The notes below the pieces were generated by a model. That model was not told where the DNA came from, ran no database searches, and saw only the letters and a list, made by a program, of their open reading frames with translations. A stretch of DNA of 64,000 bases, from contig JBHGNT010000011.1 of NCBI GenBank assembly GCA_043228905.1, positions 15,996,001-16,060,000 of the forward strand, written 5' to 3'. The DNA is from Azolla caroliniana. Taxonomy: Eukaryota > Plantae > Polypodiophyta. Both the position numbers and the translations under genes were made by a program. Positions 11,236 to 24,295 of the stretch are shown one piece after another. Each line of letters begins with the position of its first letter. Position 1 is the first letter of the stretch.

Positions 11236-11308
11236 TGGAGATGCGGGGTATCGATCCCCGTACCTCTCGCATGCTAAGCGAGCGCTCTACCATCTGAGCT
11301 ACATCCCC
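11236..11308 (-). tRNA. trnA-AGC: tRNA-Ala(AGC), unit 11 (canonical plant sequence)
   Basis: Identical to 10131-10203. Confidence 0.96.
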
Positions 11309-12060
11309 TCTGAAACTTGAATCTCGAAACTTCCAACTTCCAAATACTATCCATCCTCCCATTTGGGTACAATTCCTTTCTCTAAAATCTAACAAAATAC
11401 AAAAGTGTCATCACATCTATTTGACTTCAAGTACGTAGTCGCGATACTCCTCTTTAATGATGGTGACTTTATCCTAAGAGAGTGGGGACGCATGGTATTC
11501 GCATAAAAGAATCGGAGATTCGGGGCTTCGATCCCCTATACCTCTCACGCAGGGAGAGTCGTAAAGTCATAAACGGACTAATGTATTGTGATGTTACATG
11601 TTAGACATGCAAGGTAGTGGTTACGAAACCGGAGTTGCGGGGTGTCGATACCCGTTCCTCTCGAGTGCAAAGCGAGGGATCTACAGTTTCAGTTACAACA
11701 CGATTGGAGACGTGTGGTGTAAATCCCCATACCAACTCCTTTATTGCTTGCAAATACCTTCAGGCTCTCGAATCGTGCTGTCATAAACAAATATGTGGAT
11801 AGTCTCTCATGCAAAGCGAGGGCTCTACCATTTGAGCGACAACACAATCGGAGATGATGTGTGGTGTAAATCCCCGAACCAATTCATTTACTGCTTGCAA
11901 TACCTTCAAGCTCTCCAATCGTGTTCTCATAAACAAATATGTCGATGGTTCTTACATCCTCTTTAATCTGGTTCTATAAAGCATGTCTCATGATAAGGAT
12001 AATGACGTAAATCCATAGATGCGAGGTGATTGGAGATGCACGGTGTGAAGATAAGGAAAT

Positions 12061-12133
12061 TGGAGATGTGGGGTATCGATCCCCATGCCTCTCGCATGCA
12101 AAGCGAGCGCTCTACCATTTGAGCTACATCCCC
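12061..12133 (-). tRNA. trnA-TGC: tRNA-Ala(TGC), unit 11
   Basis: Identical to 1011-1083. Confidence 0.93.
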
Positions 12134-12639
12134 GTTAGGCTAAAGCATCGTTACATGATAAAGAGGTAGAGAGCGTAATCTCATGTGCTGCTTTTATGAT
12201 CTCGAGAAATACCGAGATACGTAGTGGTTGCAATGCATACCGCAAAGCAAAATGTGTGAAAAAATGCTTGAGCATACTTTATTCCATCATTCGACAATGT
12301 GTGGTGTAAATCCCCATACCAACTCATTTATTGCTTGGAAATACCTTCAAGCTCTCGAATCGTGCTTTCGTATCTTAAATTATGGTGTCTCATTATGCAG
12401 AAACTCACAAAGACAATATTTACATCCACAAAATAGGCTAAGGTTAGTTCATATATCCACAAAGTGTATTTTCCAATGTAATGGTTGATAATCAACGAAT
12501 GGCTCCTCGTTCATGAACATTTGGATAAGAGTTTTAGTCACATCCTTCACAATATGAGCCCCTAATTGTTGTATAATTTCTGATGGGAGTATATAGAGAT
12601 GCAAACCACTAGACAAAGTACATTCACGAGGGATTTGTT

Positions 12640-12925
12640 AAATCACACTTTTCTTTTGATGAGCCCTACATCCATGCATAGAAGTAGTGTATCAAGATGC
12701 ACAATATATGTGGCATATGAGCTCTTGGAGACACAAGTCTTATTTATTGCGCGATATTATTTCAATCTCAAGGGATCCAAAGATGCAAAAATAAAAGACT
12801 ACCACAAAGGAACAGATAGAGGTTTTGAATCACCCTAATCTAACGTGTTCTATCATAGGGGATTTGATTTGAGGTACTTAACTCGAGGGAAAATATTCTT
12901 CATGGGAGACGTCAACCAATGGAGC
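12640..12925 (+). mobile_element. Highly decayed LINE endonuclease fragment
   Basis: In-frame VLFIARYYFNLKGSKD...GFESP*...LRYLTRGKIFFMGDVN parallels AVFFAICYFPPKGSRY...GPSPY...IRYSSQGEVFLVGDFN of the LINE at ~51.9-52.1 kb. Confidence 0.55.
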
Positions 12926-13324
12926 ATGAAGTTGACGAAAGATGATTGTTGAACACACAATGCTTAGAACCAAACCTAATACGCACGGGTGTCAGATACA
13001 CAACTTCTCGAAATCAACCATACGCGTTTTCAAAGTCTTGAGCTGTTCGTGACTTGTTCGAAGCTGTATAGGGTATCAGATCACTCTCTGGAGGGATGGG
13101 TGGGACTAGAATCAATCACCACATCCTTATTTTTTTTAGTGGGGCTCGGTGTAAGGCACAGGTCGGTCAGAGATACACACAAAAACCCTCCCCAACGCCA
13201 ACCCAACTCATACGCCGAAGAAACGGACGGACAAGAACCATAAGCAGCCTTCACTACCGAATGTGTTATTGTGAAACGAGAAACGTACACGAATACCGCA
13301 AACACAAGCAATGCAATGCCAGTG

Positions 13325-13431
13325 ACGTCAGGTGTCGGCGTCAATGTCGACGTCAACGTCAACATCGACGTCAACGTCAACGTTAACGACAGGGAGTAGC
13401 GTTTCGCGCGCGCTTGCAGCATTTTTCCCGC
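13325..13431 (+). promoter_or_regulatory. S-phase-type promoter: five ACGTCA hexamers plus two E2F sites (TTTCGCGC 13402-13409, TTTCCCGC 13424-13431)
   Basis: Matches to the E2F consensus TTTSSCGC, 120-150 bp upstream of a DNA replication gene start. Confidence 0.7.
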
Positions 13432-13551
13432 GCTTTCTTTTGAAGGCGAAGGAGAAGAGGATCCGACCTCCTCGCCGCCGCCATCGCTCCTCCGTCTCTG
13501 TTTCCCTTCGTATCTCTCTCTCTCTCTCGCTCTCGCTCTCTCGCTCCACCC

Positions 13552-13762
13552 ATGGATTTCCGTGTGGCCAACAGCAGCAGGGTGTCTTCTGTGGATCCTT
13601 CTTCTCGTAGCAGCAGCATCTCCTTCTACTCCTCTCCTCCTCCCTCCCTCGAGGTCTCCCTTGAAGATTTCGAGCAATTCGCTCTGGATCGCCTCAGAGG
13701 TACAGAGCGTGTGAGACAGAGAGAAGCAGAGAGAGAGAGAGAGAGAGAGGGAGGGAGAGATC

Positions 13763-13799
<37 letters not shown>

Positions 13800-16700
13800 G
13801 TTTGAGCTTTCATTTCAGTCCTAAAAGGTCTCGAGGAAGCTTTGTCACGCGGCAGAAGAGGCGAAGAGCTAGACAATCTGGTAAAACATATCTTCCATCT
13901 TCTTTCCATATCGAAAGCAACGTTTCTTCTCTCTTTCCGAAATGGTTCGAAAGCTTCTCGCTTTTCCTGCTCAGGTTAACGATCTTTGGAGAAAGTACAT
14001 GCGCACACCAAACGGATCTGATATAGCAAAGGATGTCATCTCACATTTCGTGTTAAGGCTTGTATATTGCAGAAGGTATATATGTCTTTTCAATATTGAA
14101 CCTATGCACACTGTGCATCATTGCCTGTATGTTTATTTTTCCATTTAGATTTTACATTTTTTGCTATAAGATGTTGCCATTGTTTTCTCTGTGGTATCAA
14201 TTCAGATTCCTTGAAAATTCTGTGCAATTCTTTTGGCGTAGTGTTATTTGGGTTTGATTTTATGTATCTTATAGCAATTCTTTTTGTTTTTCCAACCGGA
14301 TTTTTGCAATTCTGTTTTGATGTAAACATGCTGTTAATTGCAGTGATGAGTTGCGAAAATGGTTCCTAGGGTTTGAATCCGCTCTATTTCGATGTCGATT
14401 TCATTCCGAGTCATCTGAATCTCAGGTATACTCACCTCCATGTTCTTTATTGTATATACACTCAACTGAATATTTGTGATAATCTCATTTAGTCTTTCAT
14501 CTTATATTTTGGCAAAATCCGTTTACAGAGGAAATTTATGGAAGATAACAAGCTTCCTTACAAGGGGATCACCTCAGCAGAGTTGGAGGTAAATGCCTTC
14601 CAATTCATTTACGTCTATTTTAGCTCCAGTGAGCTTTGGTGTCTTGCTTCAATATGCTATTTCAATGGAAAATCCGTTCTCTCATTCTCAGCTCAAAACT
14701 ATTGAAAAATATTTGACCATTTTATTTGATGCTTTATTCAAGAAGCATCGAACAATTAGAAGAAACTTCTATGGGTATTTGAATGAAGAATCAAGATTTA
14801 CCATGGACAGTCCCAGATGCACATTATGACACTTTTCAATATAGTACCACATAGTTTCTTTAGGATTGTATCAAGACTGTAGCCGTTTAGAGGTCAGAGT
14901 TATTGATCTACCACAAATGGAGATGGATATAGGGTTTTATATCTGTAATAAATTCAGGTTACTTGTTTTCCTTTCTTTTTCTAGTTTAGTTATGTATCTT
15001 TGTCACTGGGTTTTTAGTGGTGAGGTTGATTTGTTTCCCTTTGGATGATTACATACGTGCTTCTTGCTACTTGGTCATAGCCATTCTCATGCTTATATTA
15101 TTTGAGATCATCAAGTGCCCATAGACCTTACATGGTTGTATCATGTGGATCATTGATCAGGTCTTTCTAAAAATATGTCATTTTCTTTGATTTTTGTGAG
15201 ACTGACCTCGATTATAGGCTAGAGGTAAGTACCCAATGTTCTTTTTGAAGTTCATATCAACCTCACGATAAGTTGAGTGGATAGGATATTAAAAAATCCT
15301 ATATTATGCTTAAATTCATCACTTTTGCGTTGTTCCTTAGCATGTATTGCCTTGTTATTTTCTTCTGTCCATTCTCTATCCCTCACCATTTAACTAGGCA
15401 CACATACATATGCTTCATGTTCGTTATAAGTTTATTAATACAAACACTGTTTAATCTATTGTTTTGTGGGTGTAAGATTTGATTTCGTTGGAGATAATGT
15501 GTATTGCTGTCACAGTAATTAGGGGTGTTTAGTTTTACAAATTTCAGGGGCATAATTTTGTTAAATGTAATTTTATATAACAGTATCTTTTTACGTGCAT
15601 TGGCAGTCTATAAAAGATAAGCTTGGACAAGTGGCAAGATCATTAAATCAGCCACTGCCCAATGGTAAGTGAACCCCTATGCACATGATTTACATCTAAT
15701 ATGGTGCAAATAGTTTGTAGAAAGTTATTTGACATGACAATACTTCTGTTATTGTTTCAGCCGATAGTATTTTCTACAAGGTTGGTGCTTCAACGTAATG
15801 GGTGCTTTTGTGCTACTTCATGGAAAGAATCATTATCATTTCAACTAAAATGGATGTATTAGGTTCCTTTTGAAGAAGTACCTGAGTTAGTTTCTGGACG
15901 GAGAGTATTTATTCAGAAGGGTTTGGCTTATGTTCCAAGTAACCAGGTGAAATTCTCTATCAAGTCCTGCTCATTCTCTGTTTTGGCCGAGATACCTATC
16001 CCAATATCTTTCATATTTTTTCTGGCAGTTGGCATCATTAGTTGTTGGCCAATTTCGGAGTAAACTTTCAAAAGCTTTAGTATTGACAAATCGGTAATAA
16101 TTCATGCACTGGTTATTGATTATATGGGTTATAATGTACTGATTGGGATCATTCATCAATTTTACATTTGATTTAATTTGCAGAAAGTGGATGACAATGA
16201 TAGCTGATGAAGAAGCTGATCGATTGACTCCGGTAGCACTAATTATCAACTACTGTTCTTTTCTTGCGCATGATATGTACTTGGTCATCAATATTGATTT
16301 GATTGTTGTAGATTGTAGAATCACTAAGCACACGATACCTAGGGCCTGACTATTCTCAGGTCAGAAAGTTTATGTACTTAACAATGATGTGTAGTCCAAT
16401 AGATGCCGCTTTTGCTTTTCGCTGACAAAGTACTGGGTACTCTACAGGGTAAGGTTAAAACAGAGGTGTCATTACAAGACATAGACAACCTTGCGAGGAC
16501 CTCATTTCCACTTTGTATGAGACATCTGTTTTTCAGGGTAAGAACTGCATAATCTATGTTAGTTCTGTAAAGATGATCAGTTGCTTGAAACATTGTAACT
16601 ACATGCTAAATTGCAGAAGACCAATAGACTTTCACCTAATTTTTACAGCTCAGAGATGAACATCATCTGAAATTTGGAGGGAGAACACAACTTGGACTCT

Positions 16701-18694
16701 TTTTGAAGGTAAATTGCTGCCTTTCAAGTACAATGATGTTAACATATTTCTCCCATGAACTTTTCTAATTTTCTATTGCTAATTTATGAAACTACAAGAC
16801 ATTACGTACAAAATACAATGGTTATGTGTTGCCTTTAGAAATTGTAGGGATCAACACATCTGAAAATTGTAAGGATCAATTAAACTTTAGAATCCAATAA
16901 GAGAGATGATTTGTCCTTTAGTAGGGAATTGATAATGAAATAATGTATTCTTTTTCTTTAAATAGATAACAATGGTTGAAATTTTTTCATTGAACCTGAT
17001 GTTCATTATCATTTTGTACTTCAGGGTGTAGGGTTGAAGCTAGAGGATGCCTTGGCTTTCTGGAAGTCGGAATTCAGTCAGAAGGTGAAAATATGGATGT
17101 TTTGCTTCTAATAAGGTTCATGACACCATCAACTTTTTCAGTTACAATTATTTGTCTCTTTCTCCACATTCACAGGTTGGTGTTGAGAGATTTGACAAAG
17201 AGTATGCATACAATATAAGACACAATTATGGTAAAGAGGGGAAGCGAACAGTATGTCTTTTTCCCTAATTTTTATTAAAAGTTTCTCATTACTTGATTTC
17301 TGTATAATAATTTACAAAATTGTCGTGAAAATAGGATTATACTCCATACTCATGCAATAAAATAATATTATCAACTCCTGGAGTAGGGGATCATCATGGG
17401 TGTCCCTATCGACATTTCAGGTATAAATTTTGTCTCAGCCACTAGATGGTTCAACTAGTCTTTCACCCCCTAATACCAAAGTCTGGCGAATGATTCACAT
17501 GCCAGTATCGCCATGTCTCAAAAGGGTTTGAACATTACTAAGTTTACTTCTAGTCTATGAAGAAGAAGAATTAAATTAGTGAACGATCTTAGACTTTAAA
17601 AAAAACATTGAATGAAGATTGAAATAAAATAGCTTTAGAGAAATAAAGGGGACTGGCCCATTTAGTAATGCCTGTTAAGAGACCATCTATATTGCTTTGA
17701 ATTTATTAAGTTACTGTAAAGCTTATAATTTTATGATGGAAAAACTTTTTATTGCTTTTATTATATGAAAAATGGAAAATTGCTATGGACATGTAAGAGT
17801 ATGTCTTATTAGGACATGGAAACAAGTGCAAGACAATGTTTCAAGCATAAATTAAACATTGTTGTATGTCTTCTTTCAAGTGTAATAAGAAAATACAACT
17901 AATTTTGTTTAGAGCCTACATTTGGCAGTGAAGAGAATTTGAGGGCAGCCCTGGGAAGTATGAAAGTGACTGGCAGATCTGTAGATGACATTATGGAAAA
18001 AGTTCGGAATCGGCACTATCAGGTACCATATTTTCATTTATCAGAAATAAGTAACATTGTACACGTTCTAACTCTTAAATCTAACCTATTTGGTTTTTAA
18101 ACTAAACTCTTTTCCTTATTTCTATTATTTGCACAGCTTGCATGTTCTATAGCCTTTGAGGCATTGCATGGGTGCCCTTCAGATGGTATCAATCACCCAA
18201 ACCAATACTTCGAGCAAAGTCAAAGAGTTCTACTACCCAAGGTATATATATTATAATATCCAAAAGAGGGAATTTACAAAAAACATCTCCCTGTATTTTC
18301 CAGTAGTCTCCTAAAATATTCTCACTGTTTAAAAATTCCTAACATACCCTTTATGTTTTTGAAATTCTCTATAAATGCTTTCTCCATGTTGTTTTTCTCT
18401 CAAGTCTCTATATGGAGAAATTGTAAAAGAGAGACTGTAGAAGAGTCTTTTGAGAATTTTGAAAGATTAGAACTGTTTGAATTTTGCAAAATATAGGTTG
18501 TATTTCTAAGAAATTTTAAGTCAGGTGTTTCACACGATTAAAAACATCATCACTTCCAAATTGTGAAGTTTCCTTGGTATTTGTATTTGATTACCTAATA
18601 CTCATATTTGTGTTGTATCTTCCATCAGGTTCCTCCAGTTGAAAATACAACTACAAATGTTGCTTCGGAATCTGCTCCAGTTACACTTCAATAA
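13552..18694 (+). CDS. PRIM2: DNA primase large subunit (p58/PriL), 19 exons
   Basis: GT-AG exons: 13552-13699, 13819-13880, 13975-14075, 14344-14425, 14529-14588, 15607-15664, 15761-15780, 15863-15946, 16029-16093, 16184-16232, 16312-16359, 16448-16537, 16649-16708, 17025-17084, 17176-17250, 17335-17420, 17929-18022, 18137-18241, 18629-18694. Motifs [102 protein letters not shown] (4Fe-4S cysteines present). Confidence 0.96.
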
Positions 18695-20058
18695 CTTAAT
18701 ATTTGTGACACCATTTATGATGATGATGGTAAAATGTTTCTCAATGCTGAAGTAATCTTATATTCAAAGGAAATTGTTGAAAGAAATCAGCCATTATAAA
18801 GGCAAAGACGTGGACTCTTCACTCAATTCCTTACTTCTAAGAGCAATATAATGGAATTGTGTTTCCGTAGTGGGGGGTTTTCAAGGCAAAGCTAGTTGGC
18901 ATATCTTCAAACCTGGTAAATCTCTGGTTACCTGTAATACTCGAAGCATGCTCTTCTGATGTATATGAATTGCACTGCTTAACCAGAAAAATAAAAAAGA
19001 AATCTCATAGTTGCAAGTAACTCCTTGGTAGAAGTTGGGAGTCAGACTCATTACACGAAATATTCCTTATAATTATGATATATATACTTACCTCAATGGC
19101 ATGATAACCCTTGGTAATATGACTAACTACATTGGTATATTATATCTTCGGATCCCCTTTTCATTAAGCTCAGACAGTCATATGCTTGGAATAACACAAT
19201 CTCGGAACCCTTTGTTTTATACTACATTAGTTTCACTGTTGTGATAGTATCCTGATTAAGCTACTAACTAGTAGTTTGAATGAAACGCACAATGAGCCTA
19301 GGACACTTTATTTCTAATGCATGCACAATGTGATGGGAATTTTACTCTACAGTGACTGAATTGGCGAGGCCCTGATTATCCTGTAGAAAGATGTGTAATA
19401 CGAATTGTTTGAGCAAACAATGCAATCCAATTAGGATGCTAATATTTTGAGTACATGCTTATATACATGGGAATAACTCACTTCATTTGTACTTCGCTTC
19501 TATGGAGGACAACAAGACAATTGATTGTCCAAGAGGATTGGAAAAATAGTGGTCCTCCCTCAATCGACATTTTGATCTTCATTATGTGTGTAACTGCAAT
19601 GCACCATGTCCCATAACGTTAGGTTGTTGCATCCAACATTTTCCCTTACTACAATGTGCATAATTCAAAATACACATCATACTATCCAACGTATGTTTGA
19701 TGTTGATAGTGCATATAATGATGCTCATTATTTGATGCATAGTTGTTCAATGCAGAGAAATGAGTTTTTTTCCACAACTTAACACATGAACACATGCACA
19801 AGATGAAACATAATGAGCATTATCTTCATGATATATTTAATATTTTAGACCCCACAATGTAATCCTACAAACTTCTCCTAGTAGATTCTCAGTCCACAAG
19901 TTTAACTTTTCTTCATTATTTGATGCTCAACATATGCAAGGAGCCATTTAAACTATTTACTTATTCTTTGTGGTGTTACGTTGTAATTCTTTCTTTAACT
20001 TTAAGGCTAGTTATAATTTAGTTCTCCTCTCTCCCATGGAGTGGCTTGGTGGTTGTTG

Positions 20059-20083
20059 CTCTCTCTCTCTCTCTCTCTCTCTC
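20059..20083. repeat. (CT)n microsatellite
   Basis: Direct reading. Confidence 0.9.
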
Positions 20084-20179
20084 GGTGAAAACACACAATT
20101 ATATTAATAAATGTGTGTAAAAAACATTACTTACAATGGTTGTGACAATGGAGTATGGTTACCCACTAACTACACTACA

Positions 20180-21620
20180 TGGGTAGGGGAACATGTTGAA
20201 TTGCCAATACGCAAGATGAACATTCCACTGGTTATATGTTGTGTGTATGAGATAGACTTTCAGATTTTTTTCAATAGCACTATTCGTGTTAATCAAGGAT
20301 TCTCACCCTCACCAACACTATTTGGTTTATGTATTGATGAAATAAAAGAAATGGTTACCAAGTTTGTAAAGGAAGAATGTGTTGAAGAAGTTGTCATTGG
20401 GAATGTTGTGATATGCTTTTGTTATATGCGGATGATATAGTGTTTTTTGTAAATACTTTAGGAGATGCACAAAAGCTTATGACGGCATTATAAGTTTTTG
20501 CTCTAAAACAAAGATTATGCTTATGAGGAGCCAAAAAAGGGGTAAACCATGCATTATGTACAACAATGAGCCACTTGAATGTGTGGAAAGCTTCAAATAT
20601 CTTGACGTTCCTTCAAATCATAGATGGAATGAATGTGTTACACGTTACTTAGAGGCGGGTAAGCGAGTATACTATACATTTGAGAACACATGCAATCTTG
20701 GAGATATTAAATGTTGGGTCCTCAAGAAATATCTTTTCAACACTTTGGTGACAGTGTTTCTTCTCTATGGGGTGGTAGCATTTTCTACGTGGAAAGAGTT
20801 TGAAAATGTCCAAAAACATTTTCTTACAAAGTTTCTACAAGTTAAGAAACAAACACCTTACACCCTCCTCTTCCTTGAGACGGGATCGCTTCCCATTGAG
20901 ATCATGGCCATGGAAAGGGTTGTTGAATACATGCTTAAGGTTCAAAAAAGCCCCTCACATCAATTTCTTAGAATTGCATGGGAAGGAAGCGAAAAGATCC
21001 AAAAGACGCATACAAGCAAAATTTTGTGTTTCAGTTAGATATAAGATATAAAAAAATGGTTTGGTAGATGGGATGTAAGACACTTGCTTCATAATGCATC
21101 ACTACATTCCTCTGTAAATGAGGCCTTTTTGCAATGCCAATGTATCATGGCATGGGACAAATGTGGTGGCTCACGCTTCACACATTATACTACACATGTT
21201 GCACCTAACTACAAAACCATATTCCGATACATGTTAGAGCCCATTCCGATATCTACCATTCGAACCATTGCTTCCATGCGACTTAGCTCTCATGCATTGC
21301 GATGTGAGATGGGCGTTGGGGCACAAGTGATGAGAATGGTCGGCTATGCACACTTTGCCCTAAACAAGTTCGAGAGTCTAAGTATCACACTTTGATACAA
21401 TGCTCTATCTTTAATCATATTTGACCATGCTTTTCACATCTCTTCAACCGAGCCCAATCCTTGCACAAATTTCTCTCACAACCACAATGTGCACTCTTGA
21501 TTGCAACATTCATTGGTAAAGTTCTTGAACATCGAGAATCGTTACTCACTTTCACATGTATCACATGAAATTTAATATGTTTGGTTTCATAGGTCATATT
21601 TCACCTCTGAAGACAATAAT

Positions 21621-21674
<54 letters not shown>
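20180..21674 (+). mobile_element. 5'-truncated, decayed RTE-X-like LINE with (CT)n tail
   Basis: STIRVNQGFSPSPTLFGLCIDE, YADD-region remnant, VESFKYL, MRLSSHALRCE Cys/His-domain remnant; ends GAAGACAATAATATAAT(CT)n at 21625-21674. Confidence 0.85.
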
Positions 21675-23299
21675 ATGTTTCCTAATTTACTAGTGTTGTA
21701 AGTTGATAACGCATATTAAATTAAGCAGCTTCATTGTGCACTTCAACTTTTTTTTTGAAAAATAGCATTAATTTCTTTATACAACCCGTCGCACAGACAC
21801 TAGTTTATAGGGTGAGATGGGGGATTCATTAAGCTTGCATCCCGAAGTGCCTACTTGGGCCAGCATGCACCTATTCTTTCTTTCTTTATCAATGAGATAC
21901 AAAGGAAATTAATCCACTTGAGTCACACATACGTAATCGGGATTGCGATAAAGTTGCTTGCACATTCGGTCAGGACCGTGATCCAACCTTACTTGTCGAG
22001 ACGTACTTCAGTTTCTTGATTGAATGAAACTGTTGGAATTGGGCAACAAATAAACAAAGTAATGAAATAAGTTTGAAAGTTGCGCGAAAAGGTCTACATC
22101 GTTTCCATACGCATAAATCTTTGGTTATTGATAAGGCACATGTGCAATGTTTCTCTCAAAATAATAAATCCACACTATTTTTAATACCATGGCCATAATC
22201 TTGAAGAAGTTCTCACTCCATTATCCTTAAAAGATAAATAGTTGTTCAAAGCACACCAAATTTAGTTTCAAGCAGTACCCTCGTGGCATGCTTATTATCC
22301 ACTATTGCTCATTAATTGTGGGCATGCCTCTTAATATTTGAACCTTTCGAGGGGTGAACAAGTACCATCCTCATTAGTCCCATTAGAGAGGTTGACCAAC
22401 GGAGTGGACCACATTTGATAGTTTTATTTATTTATTTATAGAAAACATATCCTTCCATTAGTTTAAAAAACCATATCAGCTACAAAATACAAAATGATGG
22501 AAAGGAGATGATTATCCTTCCCCAACCCGTCTTGTGTAAGACAATAGCTAGCCATGAATCCTTCTTTTGATAGACTTGATTGAACACTTCCTCAATAGTT
22601 GAAACATACCATGAATTTGTATATGTTCAAACCAAATCAATCTTCCTCATCTGGTTCATATTCAACATATCCATATACCACCTTTGGGTCATCCATCACG
22701 TGCATCAAATATACCCCCACATTTACAATGACCAAGCATCCTCTATTTTCCATATTCAACGTAAAACTCAATCAAAGCATTATGGTATAGAGGTCATTTT
22801 GTATGCCTCGATCCATGATTCCAGTGTGTATGAACATATCGTCATGTAAAGCCATGTGATCAACACCCACCTTAAGGGATCTTAACCCTTCGACCAATTT
22901 ATATACATCTGATAACCTTCCACATGTTGCATGCAATCAACATTGCTTCATGACACCATCCCTCACATAAGAAGAAACTGACTTCTTCCGAATGCATACA
23001 TAAGAGCATCCCCCTCCACCTATTTCAATGACTCCATCCATCTCATAAGAAGAAATGGGATTCTGCATACATATCATTTAGCATTTTAGTGATTACAAAA
23101 TCATGTTCCAAACCCTGTTTTCAAATTTCACTTTTTATCCTTTTCCTACTGCTCGAAGGGCAAAATTCTAGATAAGCCATGATGCCATAATTTCTTTTGA
23201 TATCACCAAACCAGAAAATAAATCTCAAATGAGATTGCACAAAATCTCAATTATTTCTTTCTTTTCAACTGCTCATAGACTGCCATTGACATACGTAAC

Positions 23300-24290
23300 T
23301 CCTAAGATGGTACCAATAACAGTTAACATATCCCCATATCTCATATCGGTGGAGGAAATACCTAGAGAGGTGGCTGATACCTCCAACGTATACAACAATC
23401 AACCATGTAAAATGCATTCATCCTTTCCCATGTCTTCTTAAAAACCTCTTTCTTTCGAAGGACTACATTTGAATCACCCTTGATAACGTCATACTCTCCT
23501 TTTAGTGTATTCACCAAGGTCAACCAAATTTCCTTGACTACATCCACAACATTCCATTGAATTTGCTGAAATATCCTTTGACATCTACTAGTCCACAAAA
23601 CCCACAATGTTATCACATTTGACAGTTTTTTTTTTATTGTACAGTGTTTTCTTTCAAATGTATAGCTACACCAACACCAACACGCAATGTTAAAAATGAA
23701 GATGATAAAGACATTAAAGTTGGTTAACATTATTTCCTGAACACAACAAATCTTTGAAACTCTAAACCCTTGGACCATTTGATCTCCCAAATCCTTTTAG
23801 GGGGTTTCAAATAATTGAAAGTTCAATGTAAAAGGTGTAGCTACGTAACGCATTTGATATTTGTTGTGTAATGTCAGTGTTGAGCATTACACATAGTTCC
23901 TTGTTGTGAGGTTGTTTGCCTCTATTACTAATTGGTCAAATTTCTTGTGCCTCTTGAAGACCTTGAAGATTTCCTTATTAGTTCTATTCAATCTACAAAA
24001 TGCAACAACACTACATTAAAAATAAATTATATGCATATGTAAAAAGTTTCCTTCAAATAAGGTAAGATCACATCCTCCATGTACGACCAACCTCAAATGT
24101 TTGCGAATGTGCAACTCAAGATTTTTTTATGCTCAACACGTTCACAATATTTTCCTATTTTGAGATTCAACACCTTTATAAGTCCACAATGTCCCATTCA
24201 CAAATCGTTTACAAGTAAATCTTGCATGTGTGTGACCAATCATTGTTTCCCCCCCTTCAAAATATAATACATTGCTGCATGTTACTATGT
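23300..24290 (-). mobile_element. Decayed L1-type LINE C-terminal fragment
   Basis: ITLWVLWTSRCQRIF...VVKEIWLTLVNTLKGEYD resembles the L1 C-termini at 35.4-35.9 kb and 59.3 kb; boundaries approximate. Confidence 0.55.
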
Positions 24291-24295
24291 TACAT

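Larger units (their letters stand above)
134..12366 (-). repeat. Tandem array of 11 x 1105-bp units, each containing tRNA-Ala(AGC), tRNA-Ala(TGC) and degenerate tRNA-Ala derivatives; both ends lie inside the window
   Basis: Exact 1105-bp periodicity (tRNA starts 186, 1291, 2396 ... 11236; the ORF track repeats every 1105 bp). Homology begins at ~134. After 12300 the sequence jumps via ATGTGT microhomology into an internal piece of the unit and ends at ~12366. Confidence 0.98.

Noticed and set aside
134-12300. CRISPR-like appearance (short recurring TGGAGA motifs with spacers)
   Set aside because: The motifs are tRNA-Ala 3' ends, the spacers are identical between units, there are no cas genes, and the context is eukaryotic.
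88-12488. Dozens of 60-86 aa ORFs recurring every 1105 bp
   Set aside because: They overlap tRNA genes and pseudo-tRNAs, have no protein motifs, and simply reflect the repeat.
13081-13909. Several ORFs around the PRIM2 start (e.g. 198 aa on the minus strand)
   Set aside because: Produced by GA/CT and hexamer microrepeats in the promoter, UTR and intron 1.
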